Below, piece after piece: positions 1 through 9,656 of a stretch of 64,000 nt of DNA. Made by a program: the position numbers and the translations under genes. This stretch comes from Promethearchaeia archaeon. GTDB taxonomy: Archaea; Asgardarchaeota; Lokiarchaeia; Sigyniarchaeales; SOKP01. How positions within the stretch are numbered: the first letter of the stretch is position 1; each line of letters starts with the position of its first letter. The notes under the pieces are model-generated. The model did not search any database. It saw only the letters and a program-made list of their open reading frames with translations, and was not told where the DNA came from. The stretch is taken from contig JAHQWL010000023.1 of the NCBI GenBank assembly GCA_029856155.1, positions 155,757 to 219,756 of the forward strand, read 5' to 3'.

Positions 1-1460
1 TTTTTACGATCTTTTCCAATTTCTCTTTCCATTTTATGCATTTCTTCGATATCTTGTCCTCTCTGAGCTTTCTGAGCTTCAACTTCGAGTAGATTTTGAT
101 GTTTCTCTAATTTCTCTTGATAAATTTTAATCTGGTTAGCAAAGACTTCTGCTTGGTCTTTCCATCCCCTCGCATAGACTTTTTCTCGTATTTCTTTATA
201 TATTTCTATTATCTCTAGATATGGTGTACTCTCTATTACTTCTCCTTGTCTATAAGCCTTTCTCAAAGCCATTTCATGGTCACGTACCATTTTTTCGGCT
301 CTGTTTATACTTTCATTAACATAATTTTCAAAATCTTCTTCTTCCTTTTTCTCCTCAATAACTGCTGGTTTTCTACGATCTTTTCCAATTTCTCTTTCCA
401 TTTTATGCATTTCTTCGATATCTTGTCCTCTCTGAGCTTTCTGAGCTTCAACTTCGAGTAGATTTTGATGTTTCTCTAATTTCTCTTGATAAATTTTAAT
501 CTGGTTAGCAAAGACTTCTGCTTGGTCTTTCCATCCTCTCGCATATACTTTTTCTCGTATTTCTTTATATATTTCTATTATCTCTAGATATGGTGTACTC
601 TTTATTACTTCTCCTTGTCTATAAGCCTTTCTCAAAGCCATTTCGTAGTCGCGTACCATTTTTTCGGCTCTGTTTATACTTTCATTAACATAATTTTCAA
701 AATCTTCTTCTTCCTTTTTCTCCTCAATAATTGCTGGTTTTTTACGATCTTTTTCAATTTGTCTTTCCATTTTATGCATTTCTTCGATATCTTGTCCTCT
801 CTGAGCTTTCTGAGCTTCAACTTCGAGTAGCTTTTGATGTTTCTCTAATTTCTCTTGATAAATTTTAATCTGATTTGCAAAGACTTCTGCTTGGTCTTTC
901 CATCCTCTTGCATAGACTTTTTCTCGTATTTCTTTATATATTTCTATTATCTCTAGATATGGTGTACTCTCTATTACTTCTCCTTTTTTAACAGCTTTTT
1001 TCATAACTGAATCAAATTCTCTTTCAAGTTTCTCTGCTTTATTGACTTCTTCTGTAATATATTTTTGAAATTCTTTTTCTTCCTTTTTTCTATCAATAAC
1101 TGCTGGTTTTTTACGATCTTTTTCAATTTCTCTTTCCATTTTATGCATTTCTTCGATATCTTGTCCTCTCTGAGCTTTCTGAGCTTCAACTTCGAGTAGA
1201 TTTTGATGTTTCTCTAATTTCTCTTGATAAATTTTAATCTGATTTGCAAAAACTTCTGCTTGGTCTTTCCATCCCCTTGCATATACTTTTTCTCGTATAT
1301 CTTTATACATCTCAATGACAACAGAATATGGTGTACTCTCTATTACTTCTCCTTGTCTATAAGCCTTTCTCAAAGCCATTTCGTAGTCGCGTACCATTTT
1401 TTCAGCACTGTTGACATTATCGGATATATATTTTTCAAAATCTTCCTCTTCCTTTTTCCT
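1..1460 (-). repeat. 369-bp (123-aa) near-identical coding tandem repeat, about 4 copies, with more diverged copies upstream in the gene
   Basis: The block ttttatgcatttcttcgatatcttgtcctctctgagctttctgagc recurs at about 32, 401, 770 and 1139. The shadow ORFs at 246 and 615 are offset by 369. Confidence 0.95.
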
Positions 1461-3689
1461 TTCAATAGCTTTTAATCTTTCCTCATCTACTCCAATTTTT
1501 TTACCCATCTTATGCATTTCTTCAAGTGCTTTTTCCCTATGAGCCTTTTTTGCTTCTACTTCTCGTAATTTGTTATCATGCTCTAACTTTTGAGAGTAAA
1601 AAATTATTTGGGTACTATATGCTGCTGCTTCTTCTTCACGTCCCTTCTCAAGTAGCATTCGCTTTACTTTTTCATATATACCAATAATTTTCAAACAAGG
1701 GGGGTTTTCTGCTAATTTACCTTTTTTTATGGCTTTTTTCATTTCAGAATTATATTCACGAGCCATTTTTTCAGCTCGATTTACCATCGTATCGATAATA
1801 GAATCAAATTCTTCTTTTTCTTCTTCTATTCTTTTTTGTTCTTCTAGCAATTTTAATTTTTCAGCATCTAAACCTACAAGAAGTTCTTCTTTTTTGACTC
1901 TAAACGTTTCTTCGATCTCTTCCTGTTTTCTTGCTTTATCAGATTCAATTTGTCTTAATCGATTATCCTTTTCCAACTTTTGTTTATGAGTATATATCTG
2001 ACTTGAAAAGATTGTAACATCTGTATCCCATCCTCTCTCTGATGCCATCTGTAGAGCTTTTTCGTAAATATTGATAATTTCAGAATAAGGACATTTTAAT
2101 TCAAATTTACCTTTTCTTAACGCTACCTCATACTCTCTTGCTAAACGCTCTGCTCTTCTAGTCATTCCTTCAATTTGATTTCGGATATTCTGGATTTCTA
2201 TTGCCTTTTGACGTTGCTCTTCTAAAACTCCTCGTTGTTCTTCACTAATACCTGTTTCTATTTCTTCCTCCTTAACTTTCAATACTTCTTCAGTTTCTTT
2301 CTGTTTGCTTACCTTGTCAGCTTCGATTTGTCTTATTTTTTTATCCTTTTCAAATTTTTGAATATAGACATCTATTGTATCATCATAAATCGCTGCTTCC
2401 TTGTTCCAACCCTTATCAATGAGTAATTCCTTTATGTTTTTATAAATTTCAATAACTTTAGGATATATACATTCCTCCACTATTTTTCCATCTTTGATAG
2501 CTCTCTGCATTTCTAGTTCATAATCATGTGCCATTCTAGCTGCTTCTGATACCATATTGTCAATTTGTGCTTTAAAGAACTCTTGTTCCATTTTTTGAAA
2601 TTCTATTCCCTTCAATCTTTCTATTTGTGCAAGTTTTTCTTGTTCACTGACTTCTTCTACGTATTGATCAATCAGTTTTTCTTTCTCTAACTCGGTTTCA
2701 ATTTTTTGCTCCATCTCTACTCTTTTTTTCTCAAGCTCTTTAAGATGTCTAACTTTTTCTTTTTCTAATTGTTCTATAGTCTCTCGAATTCGTTTTGCTT
2801 CATATGTCCAGTTCAGTTCTTCAAATAAACTTACACCTTCGGCATATAATTCTATAGCTTGATCATATTCTTGCAATTTAGCCCTTTCTACCGCTTGATC
2901 CAATATTTCATATGCTTGAGTTGAAATCTCCTCCTCTCTCTTTTTAGCTTCAAGAAATTGTTCTAATTTTTTTTCTTTTTCCTGCTCTTCACTTAGTTGT
3001 GCGTCTATTTCCATACTAACATCTAGTTCTTCTTTCGTAACACTACGTAAATATTCCGCTTTTTTATTATAGCATTCCTCAATCAATGAGAATAATCTTT
3101 CTATCTCCTCAGTTTTATTAAGATTTTCAAGTATATTCTCAGCTGTATCATATTTATCAAGAGCCTCCTCAAATTTACCCGAATTAGTTAATTGGTGGGC
3201 TTCCACAATTAATTGGTCTGCTTTACTGATCAAATCAGCTTCAATCTTAGGCTCTTCGATTAATTCAGTTTCTTCGCTCACTTCGACTTCTTTAATTTCC
3301 TTGATCGCTTCGGGTTCCTCAATTATTTCAGCTTCTTCAATTATTTCGGCTTCCTCAACAACTTCCACTTCTCTTTCCGGTTCAGCTTGGATTTCTCGGA
3401 ATGATTTTTCTTTAAGTATATAAACTTCTGAAATTTTATCATTAATGGCTTTAATTTCTTGTTCTCTATTAATTTGTGTATATAATCCGATTGCTTGACG
3501 TAAAATTTCAATACCATCATCATAATAATGCGACCCAATTAGATTAATCGCATGCTCAACTAATTCATAAGCCTCAGAAGCAATTTCTTCTTCCATATTC
3601 ATCATGTCAGAAAAAAATGCTTCTTTTGTAGGATCATATCCATCCTCATCGAATTCCTGGTCGAAATCTTCCTCCTTTTTCTCTTCCAT
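1..3689 (-). CDS. Large acidic/charged alpha-helical repeat protein (MIT/TPR-like three-helix units joined by coiled coils), 3' end truncated by the window edge, >=1229 aa
   Basis: Absent from the ORF track because no stop lies in the window. ATG at 3689 gives MEEKKEEDFDQEFDEDGYDPTKEAFF... and the frame stayed open in every stretch I translated. Units include QAYEILDQAVERAKLQEYDQAIELYAEGVSLFEELNW and VNSAEKMVRDYEMALRKAYRQGEVIESTPYSVVIEMYKDIREKVYARGWKDQAEVFANQIKIYQEKLE. Confidence 0.85.
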   Translation of the reverse strand, partial: MEEKKEEDFDQEFDEDGYDPTKEAFFSDMMNMEEEIASEAYELVEHAINLIGSHYYDDGIEILRQAIGLYTQINREQEIKAINDKISEVYILKEKSFREIQAEPEREVEVVEEAEIIEEAEIIEEPEAIKEIKEVEVSEETELIEEPKIEADLISKADQLIVEAHQLTNSGKFEEALDKYDTAENILENLNKTEEIERLFSLIEECYNKKAEYLRSVTKEELDVSMEIDAQLSEEQEKEKKLEQFLEAKKREEEISTQAYEILDQAVERAKLQEYDQAIELYAEGVSLFEELNWTYEAKRIRETIEQLEKEKVRHLKELEKKRVEMEQKIETELEKEKLIDQYVEEVSEQEKLAQIERLKGIEFQKMEQEFFKAQIDNMVSEAARMAHDYELEMQRAIKDGKIVEECIYPKVIEIYKNIKELLIDKGWNKEAAIYDDTIDVYIQKFEKDKKIRQIEADKVSKQKETEEVLKVKEEEIETGISEEQRGVLEEQRQKAIEIQNIRNQIEGMTRRAERLAREYEVALRKGKFELKCPYSEIINIYEKALQMASERGWDTDVTIFSSQIYTHKQKLEKDNRLRQIESDKARKQEEIEETFRVKKEELLVGLDAEKLKLLEEQKRIEEEKEEFDSIIDTMVNRAEKMAREYNSEMKKAIKKGKLAENPPCLKIIGIYEKVKRMLLEKGREEEAAAYSTQIIFYSQKLEHDNKLREVEAKKAHREKALEEMHKMGKKIGVDEERLKAIERKKEEEDFEKYISDNVNSAEKMVRDYEMALRKAYRQGEVIESTPYSVVIEMYKDIREKVYARGWKDQAEVFANQIKIYQEKLEKHQNLLEVEAQKAQRGQDIEEMHKMEREIEKDRKKPAVIDRKKEEKEFQKYITEEVNKAEKLEREFDSVMKKAVKKGEVIESTPYLEIIEIYKEIREKVYARGWKDQAEVFANQIKIYQEKLEKHQKLLEVEAQKAQRGQDIEEMHKMERQIEKDRKKPAIIEEKKEEEDFENYVNESINRAEKMVRDYEMALRKAYRQGEVIKSTPYLEIIEIYKEIREKVYARGWKDQAEVFANQIKIYQEKLEKHQNLLEVEAQKAQRGQDIEEMHKMEREIGKDRRKPAVIEEKKEEEDFENYVNESINRAEKMVRDHEMALRKAYRQGEVIESTPYLEIIEIYKEIREKVYARGWKDQAEVFANQIKIYQEKLEKHQNLLEVEAQKAQRGQDIEEMHKMEREIGKDRK

Positions 3690-3812
3690 AAATCTCAACT
3701 TTTTTTTGGAGAATTAAGAATGAACTTACTAAACAAAAATCTTTCTACTATATTTCTATTACAAATTAGTTTTAATTTAAAAATCGTTTACCCAAAATAA
3801 ATATTTAATCGA

Positions 3813-4205
3813 TCACAATTCAAATTTTCCTAGATTCTTATTAAGATAATCATCACAGATTTTCCCACCTTCAATGGTTAAACTCCACCCATTAGCATCT
3901 CTTTTTACAAGATTTAGATCTTCTGTGCTAGCTAAAATTGTATGTACTTCATCCTCACTTTTACGTATATTAAAATCAACTCTTAAACTAAATACAATTT
4001 CATCGATTGGTACAGGACCTCCAAGTTCATCTTCCATTACACCCAATGCTGCAATTATTTGATTCTGTTCAACCATACCTGCATCCATAGTATTTGAAAC
4101 TTCATCAAGAAGCCAAGGATTCTTATCTAACATCTTTTTTATTGCTTTTTCATTACCATCCTTAAAAAGTTTATCGAACTCTTCTCTAATCTTCTTCTTA
4201 GCCAT
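3813..4205 (-). CDS. Hypothetical protein with C-terminal winged-helix domain
   Basis: PVPIDEIVFSL...EDEVHTILASTEDLNLVKRDANGWSLTIEGG has the helix-turn-helix plus beta-wing plus LT.eG pattern. Confidence 0.7.
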   Translation of the reverse strand: MAKKKIREEFDKLFKDGNEKAIKKMLDKNPWLLDEVSNTMDAGMVEQNQIIAALGVMEDELGGPVPIDEIVFSLRVDFNIRKSEDEVHTILASTEDLNLVKRDANGWSLTIEGGKICDDYLNKNLGKFEL

Positions 4206-4313
4206 AAAAGTCGCCTATTTTTTCGTTGTATAAGAAAAATTCTAGAATTATATTAATATCTATAATATAGATTGCGAAAATAAAATCTTTTATGATGATT
4301 TAAAAAATGAGAA

Positions 4314-5030
4314 TTATATTAATTTAGACAAAAATTCTTCTACTTCTTGTTTATTACACATATGAAACTGTTTTGTTTCACCTTTAATATATGCCATTCG
4401 GATATTCTCTTTTGTTGCTTCTTCATCTATCGAGTTTTTTAGAGCATTTAGAGCTAAATTAATGATTTCTTCAAATGGCATTTCTTCTTTATAATTTTCA
4501 ATAAGATATTCTCTGGTAGAAGCTTCTCCAGTCCCTATAGCATATGCTTTAAATGAACGATATATCCCACTAGGTGATGTTGTGAAAATTTGTGTTCCTC
4601 CAGCATCGATTCCGATGAAAAAAAGTGCACAACCAAATGGTCTTATACCCCCATATTGAGTATACATTTGTTTCATATCCGCAATTGCTTTTGCTAACAT
4701 ATTCAAGCGAACAGGCTCATCATATGTTAATCTAAATGATTGTGCTTGAACTCTTGCATAATTTATAAGAGCACGGGAATCAGCATGAAGACCAGAAATT
4801 GCTACTCCAATATGATCATCTACTTGGAAAAGTTTGTCAATTGAATCAGCATCCATCAATATTGATGGTATTTTTATTTGAGCTGCTAGACACACATCTT
4901 CTTTAGATTTTATGGCAACCGCGAGAGTTCCTCGCCTCACTGCCTCTAAAGCATATTCTACCTGAAAAAGCCGCCCTTCTGGCGAAAAGACAGTAAGAGC
5001 ACGGTCATATTTGGGGGCTGCTCCAAACAT
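4314..5030 (-). CDS. psmA: 20S proteasome alpha subunit
   Basis: YDRALTVFSPEGRLFQVEYALEAV N-terminal signature, GGIRPFG and AIG motifs. Confidence 0.97.
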   Translation of the reverse strand: MFGAAPKYDRALTVFSPEGRLFQVEYALEAVRRGTLAVAIKSKEDVCLAAQIKIPSILMDADSIDKLFQVDDHIGVAISGLHADSRALINYARVQAQSFRLTYDEPVRLNMLAKAIADMKQMYTQYGGIRPFGCALFFIGIDAGGTQIFTTSPSGIYRSFKAYAIGTGEASTREYLIENYKEEMPFEEIINLALNALKNSIDEEATKENIRMAYIKGETKQFHMCNKQEVEEFLSKLI

Positions 5031-5112
5031 TTAATTTACCTATTATTATTTTATTTTATATCTTTAAAATTTACAACTAAATTTTAATTTATGGTTTATA
5101 ACAAATAAAAAG

Positions 5113-5676
5113 TTAGATCTTTTGAGTCCTCTCTAAAATAGCAAGTGTTACATCTTTGAACACAGGAGAGACTTTAAGATCATTCTTGGCGCTTGTCTCA
5201 TAATATGCTATTGCCTTAAGTTCTTCCTTTAATGCTTCCCCTTCCCCTTCTCCAACTTCTCTATTCCCTTGTTCGGCCAAATCAGTTTTATTTCCTACTA
5301 AAATACTTGGTTTGCCATCCCCAATTACCTTTTCAACTTCTGCTTTCCAATTTAAAATATTCTGAAATGAACTTCTTCGCGTAAGGTCGAATGTATATAT
5401 AGTCGCACTACTCCCTCTATAAAAAGGAGGCCTTACAAAACTAAAATGCTTCTGTCCTGCGAGATCCCATAGTTGAAGTCGAATTAGATAGTTTGGATAT
5501 TTGTCTAAATTTATTTGTTTTGTTGAAAAGTTGGATCCGATCGTCATAATATAATTTTCTTTGAACGAGTTTTCACAGTAGCGGAGGACCATAGATGTTT
5601 TACCTACGCCGCCATCTCCTACAACACATATCTTGTAGATGAAGCTTTTTGCAGCAGCCATTTGATCTTGCACCAA
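5113..5676 (-). CDS. Rab/Ras-like small GTPase (eukaryotic signature protein), no C-terminal prenylation motif
   Basis: G1 GDGGVGKT, G2 MTIG, G3 WDLAGQ, G4 NKTD, G5 ETSAK. Confidence 0.95.
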   Translation of the reverse strand: MVQDQMAAAKSFIYKICVVGDGGVGKTSMVLRYCENSFKENYIMTIGSNFSTKQINLDKYPNYLIRLQLWDLAGQKHFSFVRPPFYRGSSATIYTFDLTRRSSFQNILNWKAEVEKVIGDGKPSILVGNKTDLAEQGNREVGEGEGEALKEELKAIAYYETSAKNDLKVSPVFKDVTLAILERTQKI

Positions 5677-5955
5677 ATTGTTTAAAAAGGATTATAAAAC
5701 TAATTTATAATTTACTAATAACTTAAGATATTAAGTGAAATGTTGATCTTTCTTAATTTCTTATATTTTTTTTATATTATTATATTATATTGAATAAATA
5801 AAAATAATCGTTATTAATTTTTTTTTTTAGATTCACTTTTTAGGGATAATATACAAATGAGTGATTTAGATCAAAAAAATAAATTTTATGGAAAAGAAAT
5901 CCTATAATAAAAATCATTGTTGATTAATCCTATGAATTATTTAGAACATAAGAAC

Positions 5956-6777
5956 TTACCTTCCTATAAACGTTGGATCCCTTTTTTCTTTTAAAGCTCT
6001 TAAAGATTCTCCAAAATCTTTAGATTGAATTGTTTTGGTCCACATTTTGTTTTCTAAATCTAATTGTTTTTCTAAAATATCCCTAAAATAGGTATGGATT
6101 GATTTTTTCATTAATTTAATTGAAAGAGATGGACCCTTAGGGGGAATAAGCCTTAAAGCTTGATCTCTTGCATATGACATTAATTCTTCTTTCGGTAATA
6201 CTTTATTAACGAGCCCTAATCTTTCCGCGTCTTGTGCTGTCAACCGATCACCAAAATAAAATAGTTCTTTGGCTTTATGTATGCCTATCATGAAAGGTAA
6301 AAGAACTGAAGTGGCAAAATCAGGCATAACAGCTCTTTTTATAAAAAATAACGCCCACCATGCGTCCTCAGCCATATAGACTAAATCTGAACAAATTACA
6401 GGAAGTGTAAATCCACCACCTACAGCAAAACCATTAATCACAGATATAACTGGTTTTGGAAAATCCCAAAATTTGAGACACAACCTTTTCGATGCCATAT
6501 CTCTTAAATTGATCTCTTCTATATATTGTTCAGGTATATCTTTCAACATCTCTTCTGAAAAATAACCTCCTGAAGAAAAAGCTCCTGCTTCTTCGCACCC
6601 CGTTAATATTAATACTTTAACATCTTTATCCTTTTCAGCATGATCCACGGCATACCAAAGTTCTAAAAGACCTAATGGAGAGAGAGCATTCTTTTTTGCT
6701 GGCCAGTTTAATATAACTGTTAATATTCCGTTTTCTTCTTTTTGATATTTAATTTGCTTAAATTCTTCAACTAACAT
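5956..6777 (-). CDS. Enoyl-CoA hydratase/isomerase (crotonase) family protein
   Basis: LNWPAKKNAL, AFSSGG, PKPVISVINGFAVGGG, AERLGLVNKV. Start placed at MLVEEF (6777); the track extends to 6801. Confidence 0.9.
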   Translation of the reverse strand: MLVEEFKQIKYQKEENGILTVILNWPAKKNALSPLGLLELWYAVDHAEKDKDVKVLILTGCEEAGAFSSGGYFSEEMLKDIPEQYIEEINLRDMASKRLCLKFWDFPKPVISVINGFAVGGGFTLPVICSDLVYMAEDAWWALFFIKRAVMPDFATSVLLPFMIGIHKAKELFYFGDRLTAQDAERLGLVNKVLPKEELMSYARDQALRLIPPKGPSLSIKLMKKSIHTYFRDILEKQLDLENKMWTKTIQSKDFGESLRALKEKRDPTFIGR

Positions 6778-6871
6778 TAATACAATAAAATCAAAAGACA
6801 ATAAAACATTTTATAAAGAAATTTAATCGTAATCTTTTTTTAACTTATAGCCTCAAAAATATTAATAGACG

Positions 6872-7648
6872 ATGTTATTAGTAGAAAAAATTGAAAAATT
6901 AGCAAACTTAATCCTTGACTCAAATAATATAGTAGCATTGACAGGAGCGGGGATGTCCACTGAAAGTGGAATTGCAGATTTTCGGTCGCCGGGAACTGGT
7001 TTATGGGAAAAAGTAGATCCTTATGAATTTGCTTCGATTCATTCTTATGTAGCTAATCCGAATAAAAATTTGGAATTTATGTTAGAGACCGGAAAAGCAA
7101 TTTTTAGAGCAAGACCAAATAAAGGGCATAAAGCTTTAACTAGGCTTCAAAAATTAGGAAAATTAAAAGGAGTTCTTACTCAGAATATTGATAGATTACA
7201 CCATAAAGCAAGAACGAAAAACATTGTAGAATTACATGGAAATGCATATGAAGCAAAATGTATGACTTGTGGACATGTTTATGAAATAACAGTTATGGTT
7301 AATCAAGTTATGAAAGGAAATTATTCGCCTTCTTGTGAAAAATGCAGAGGAATGTTAAAACCAAATGCAATTTTTTTCGGGGAACCACTTGAGTCAAAAA
7401 CACTCGAAGCCGCAGATAAAATGATTGTAGATTGTGACTTATTATTGGTGCTTGGAAGTAGCTTGGTTGTATATCCTGTTGCTTTTTATCCACAAAAAAT
7501 TCTTTCATTTGGCGCAAAATTAGCAATTATCAATATTCAAGAAACTGATATGGATGCAGCTGCTGAGGTTGTCATCCATGAAAAAATAGGGGACATATTC
7601 CCAGAAGTAGTTAAAATTGTAGAAAATCAAATAATAAAAAACAAATAA
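6872..7648 (+). CDS. cobB: NAD-dependent protein deacylase (sirtuin, Sir2/CobB)
   Basis: GAGMSTESGIADFRS, TQNIDRLH, ELHG, two CxxC Zn motifs, KPNAIFFGE, GSSLVVYP. Confidence 0.95.
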   Translation: MLLVEKIEKLANLILDSNNIVALTGAGMSTESGIADFRSPGTGLWEKVDPYEFASIHSYVANPNKNLEFMLETGKAIFRARPNKGHKALTRLQKLGKLKGVLTQNIDRLHHKARTKNIVELHGNAYEAKCMTCGHVYEITVMVNQVMKGNYSPSCEKCRGMLKPNAIFFGEPLESKTLEAADKMIVDCDLLLVLGSSLVVYPVAFYPQKILSFGAKLAIINIQETDMDAAAEVVIHEKIGDIFPEVVKIVENQIIKNK

Positions 7649-7676
7649 AATAAGAAAAAAATAATTAATTAAAATA

Positions 7677-9392
7677 TTAGCCAGATCTTAAAACTTTTTT
7701 ATCAATTTTTCCAATAACGGTAAGCGGAAGCTCTTCTGAAAATTGAATTAACTTTGGAACTTCATATGGCGCTAAGTTGGCTTTTGAAAATTTTAATATA
7801 TCGTCCTTTAATGCGTCCTTATTTCCATCGAATTCAAAATCTGAGTTAATTTGGATAAATGCTTTAACGATTTCAGATCCAGGTCTATCAGGGTTAGGGA
7901 TTCCAATTAATGCGACCATCCCAATTGCCGGATGTTTTGCTAATGTATCTTCAACTTTTGCTGAAAAAACCTTAAAACCTCCAACAATAATCATGTCTTT
8001 TGTACGATCAACAATTCGAATATAACCATCTTCATCCATTATACCAACATCACCAGTGTGCATATATCCGTCTTTATCTATAGCTTTAGTAGTTTCTTCT
8101 GGTTTATTATAATAACCTCGCATAACTAATGGACCATTTACGCAAATTTCTCCGGGTTCTCCTAATGGAACTACTTCATTGGTTTCAGGATTAACGATCT
8201 TTAAATCTACATTTAAGATTGGCAGACCTACTGTACCCAGTTTTTTCTTACCAATGGAAGGATTCATTGTAGCCACCGGGCTCAGTTCAGTCATTCCATA
8301 AAGTTCTAACAGTTTACCTTTACCTACTATGCTTTCCAAAGCTTCTTGAGATTCTTTTGGAAATGGAGCAGCTGCGGAGATACACAATCTTAAATTTGAA
8401 TGATCTAATCTTTTAAATTTGCGAAAATTGATTAAAATTTGATATAAGGAAGGTACATTTACTAGCATGGTTGGTTTATACTTCTTCATTTCATTACAAA
8501 TATGGAGTGCATCACGAGGATTAGCAATAATAATTTGACTCATTCCATTAAAAAGAGCACCTTGACACACTGTTAAACCAGCAATATGGAATATAGGAAA
8601 TCCTGATAATAAAACTCCCTTTCCTTGTTCCCATTGAAGCCAGGCAATAATACCTTTCATATTTGAAACATAATTTCTATGACTTAACATTGCACCTTTA
8701 GGTGGACCTGTTGTGCCGCCAGTATATTGAATCCAACCAATATCATCGGGGGATATATCAACTTTAGGTAAATCAGCAGAAAATTTAGTTAATACATCAT
8801 CTTGGAAATTATAAACAGTTTTTCCCTCTAATGGAGTGACTTCACCAGAAGGGATTTCCTGAACGGCTTTAATTTTTGCTTGATCTTCTTTAGAAAATGA
8901 ACCGATTACGCTAGTTGCTACTACAACTTTCAGCTGTGGTAATTTATCAGCAATTTTTGTCAACCTATGTTGAAAAATAGCATCTAGAGTGACTAAAGCA
9001 ACATTTTTACCTCCTTTTCCAAGATCATCCAATTGGTAATGCATTTGAACATCAGACATTAAAGGGCTGACTCCTGAAACAATACATCCCGCTTTAAGTG
9101 TACCTAAAACAGAATATACATATTCAGGAATATTTGCTAAATTAATTCCAACTGCATCTCCTTTTTGAAATCCATTTTCAATCAACATATTAGCAAATTG
9201 ATTAGAATATCTATCTACCTCACCAAAACTGATTTCTAATCCCTGATAAGCAAGTGCCATTTTATCAGAAAATTTTTCAAATATTATTCTTATCATTTCT
9301 GGATAAGTAGTTTCAAAATCTTTTGGAGGAATGTCTTCCAAACCAGAATCCCATTTAGCCTTCCAAAAGCGACTTTCGTATGGATTTGACAT
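7677..9392 (-). CDS. Long-chain acyl-CoA synthetase (FadD-like)
   Basis: YTGGTTGPPKG, YGMTE, HTGD, DRTKDMIIVGG, LPLTVIGK. Likely start MSNPY at 9392. Confidence 0.93.
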   Translation of the reverse strand: MSNPYESRFWKAKWDSGLEDIPPKDFETTYPEMIRIIFEKFSDKMALAYQGLEISFGEVDRYSNQFANMLIENGFQKGDAVGINLANIPEYVYSVLGTLKAGCIVSGVSPLMSDVQMHYQLDDLGKGGKNVALVTLDAIFQHRLTKIADKLPQLKVVVATSVIGSFSKEDQAKIKAVQEIPSGEVTPLEGKTVYNFQDDVLTKFSADLPKVDISPDDIGWIQYTGGTTGPPKGAMLSHRNYVSNMKGIIAWLQWEQGKGVLLSGFPIFHIAGLTVCQGALFNGMSQIIIANPRDALHICNEMKKYKPTMLVNVPSLYQILINFRKFKRLDHSNLRLCISAAAPFPKESQEALESIVGKGKLLELYGMTELSPVATMNPSIGKKKLGTVGLPILNVDLKIVNPETNEVVPLGEPGEICVNGPLVMRGYYNKPEETTKAIDKDGYMHTGDVGIMDEDGYIRIVDRTKDMIIVGGFKVFSAKVEDTLAKHPAIGMVALIGIPNPDRPGSEIVKAFIQINSDFEFDGNKDALKDDILKFSKANLAPYEVPKLIQFSEELPLTVIGKIDKKVLRSG

Positions 9393-9656
9393 TTTTTTAT
9401 TCACATTTTCCTTTTGTTTAATACAATTCAAAATCGAATTGTGATATTAAATAAGCTACATTTTATTAAAAAAGTTTATTAAAATTAGCTTTTTTTTTCA
9501 ATCTTAATAAAATTTTTAGAAAATCATTATAATATCTAGAGAAAAGAGAATATAGAAATTAACTTACAATAAAATTCAAAAATAATAGTAAAAAAAAATC
9601 GAAAAAAAAAAAAATAATTATCTCCTTAACGCTGAAACTTATTACATTAATCTTGA

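Noticed and set aside
1-1460. Possible CRISPR array or diversity-generating retroelement template/variable repeats
   Set aside because: Units are 369 bp, in frame and without unique spacers. Differences are not evidently adenine-specific, and no cas or reverse transcriptase gene is in the window.
246-3538. Short ORFs in the track (246, 615, 1001, 1224, 1729, 2235, 3341)
   Set aside because: Antisense or off-frame shadows of the long minus-strand repeat gene.
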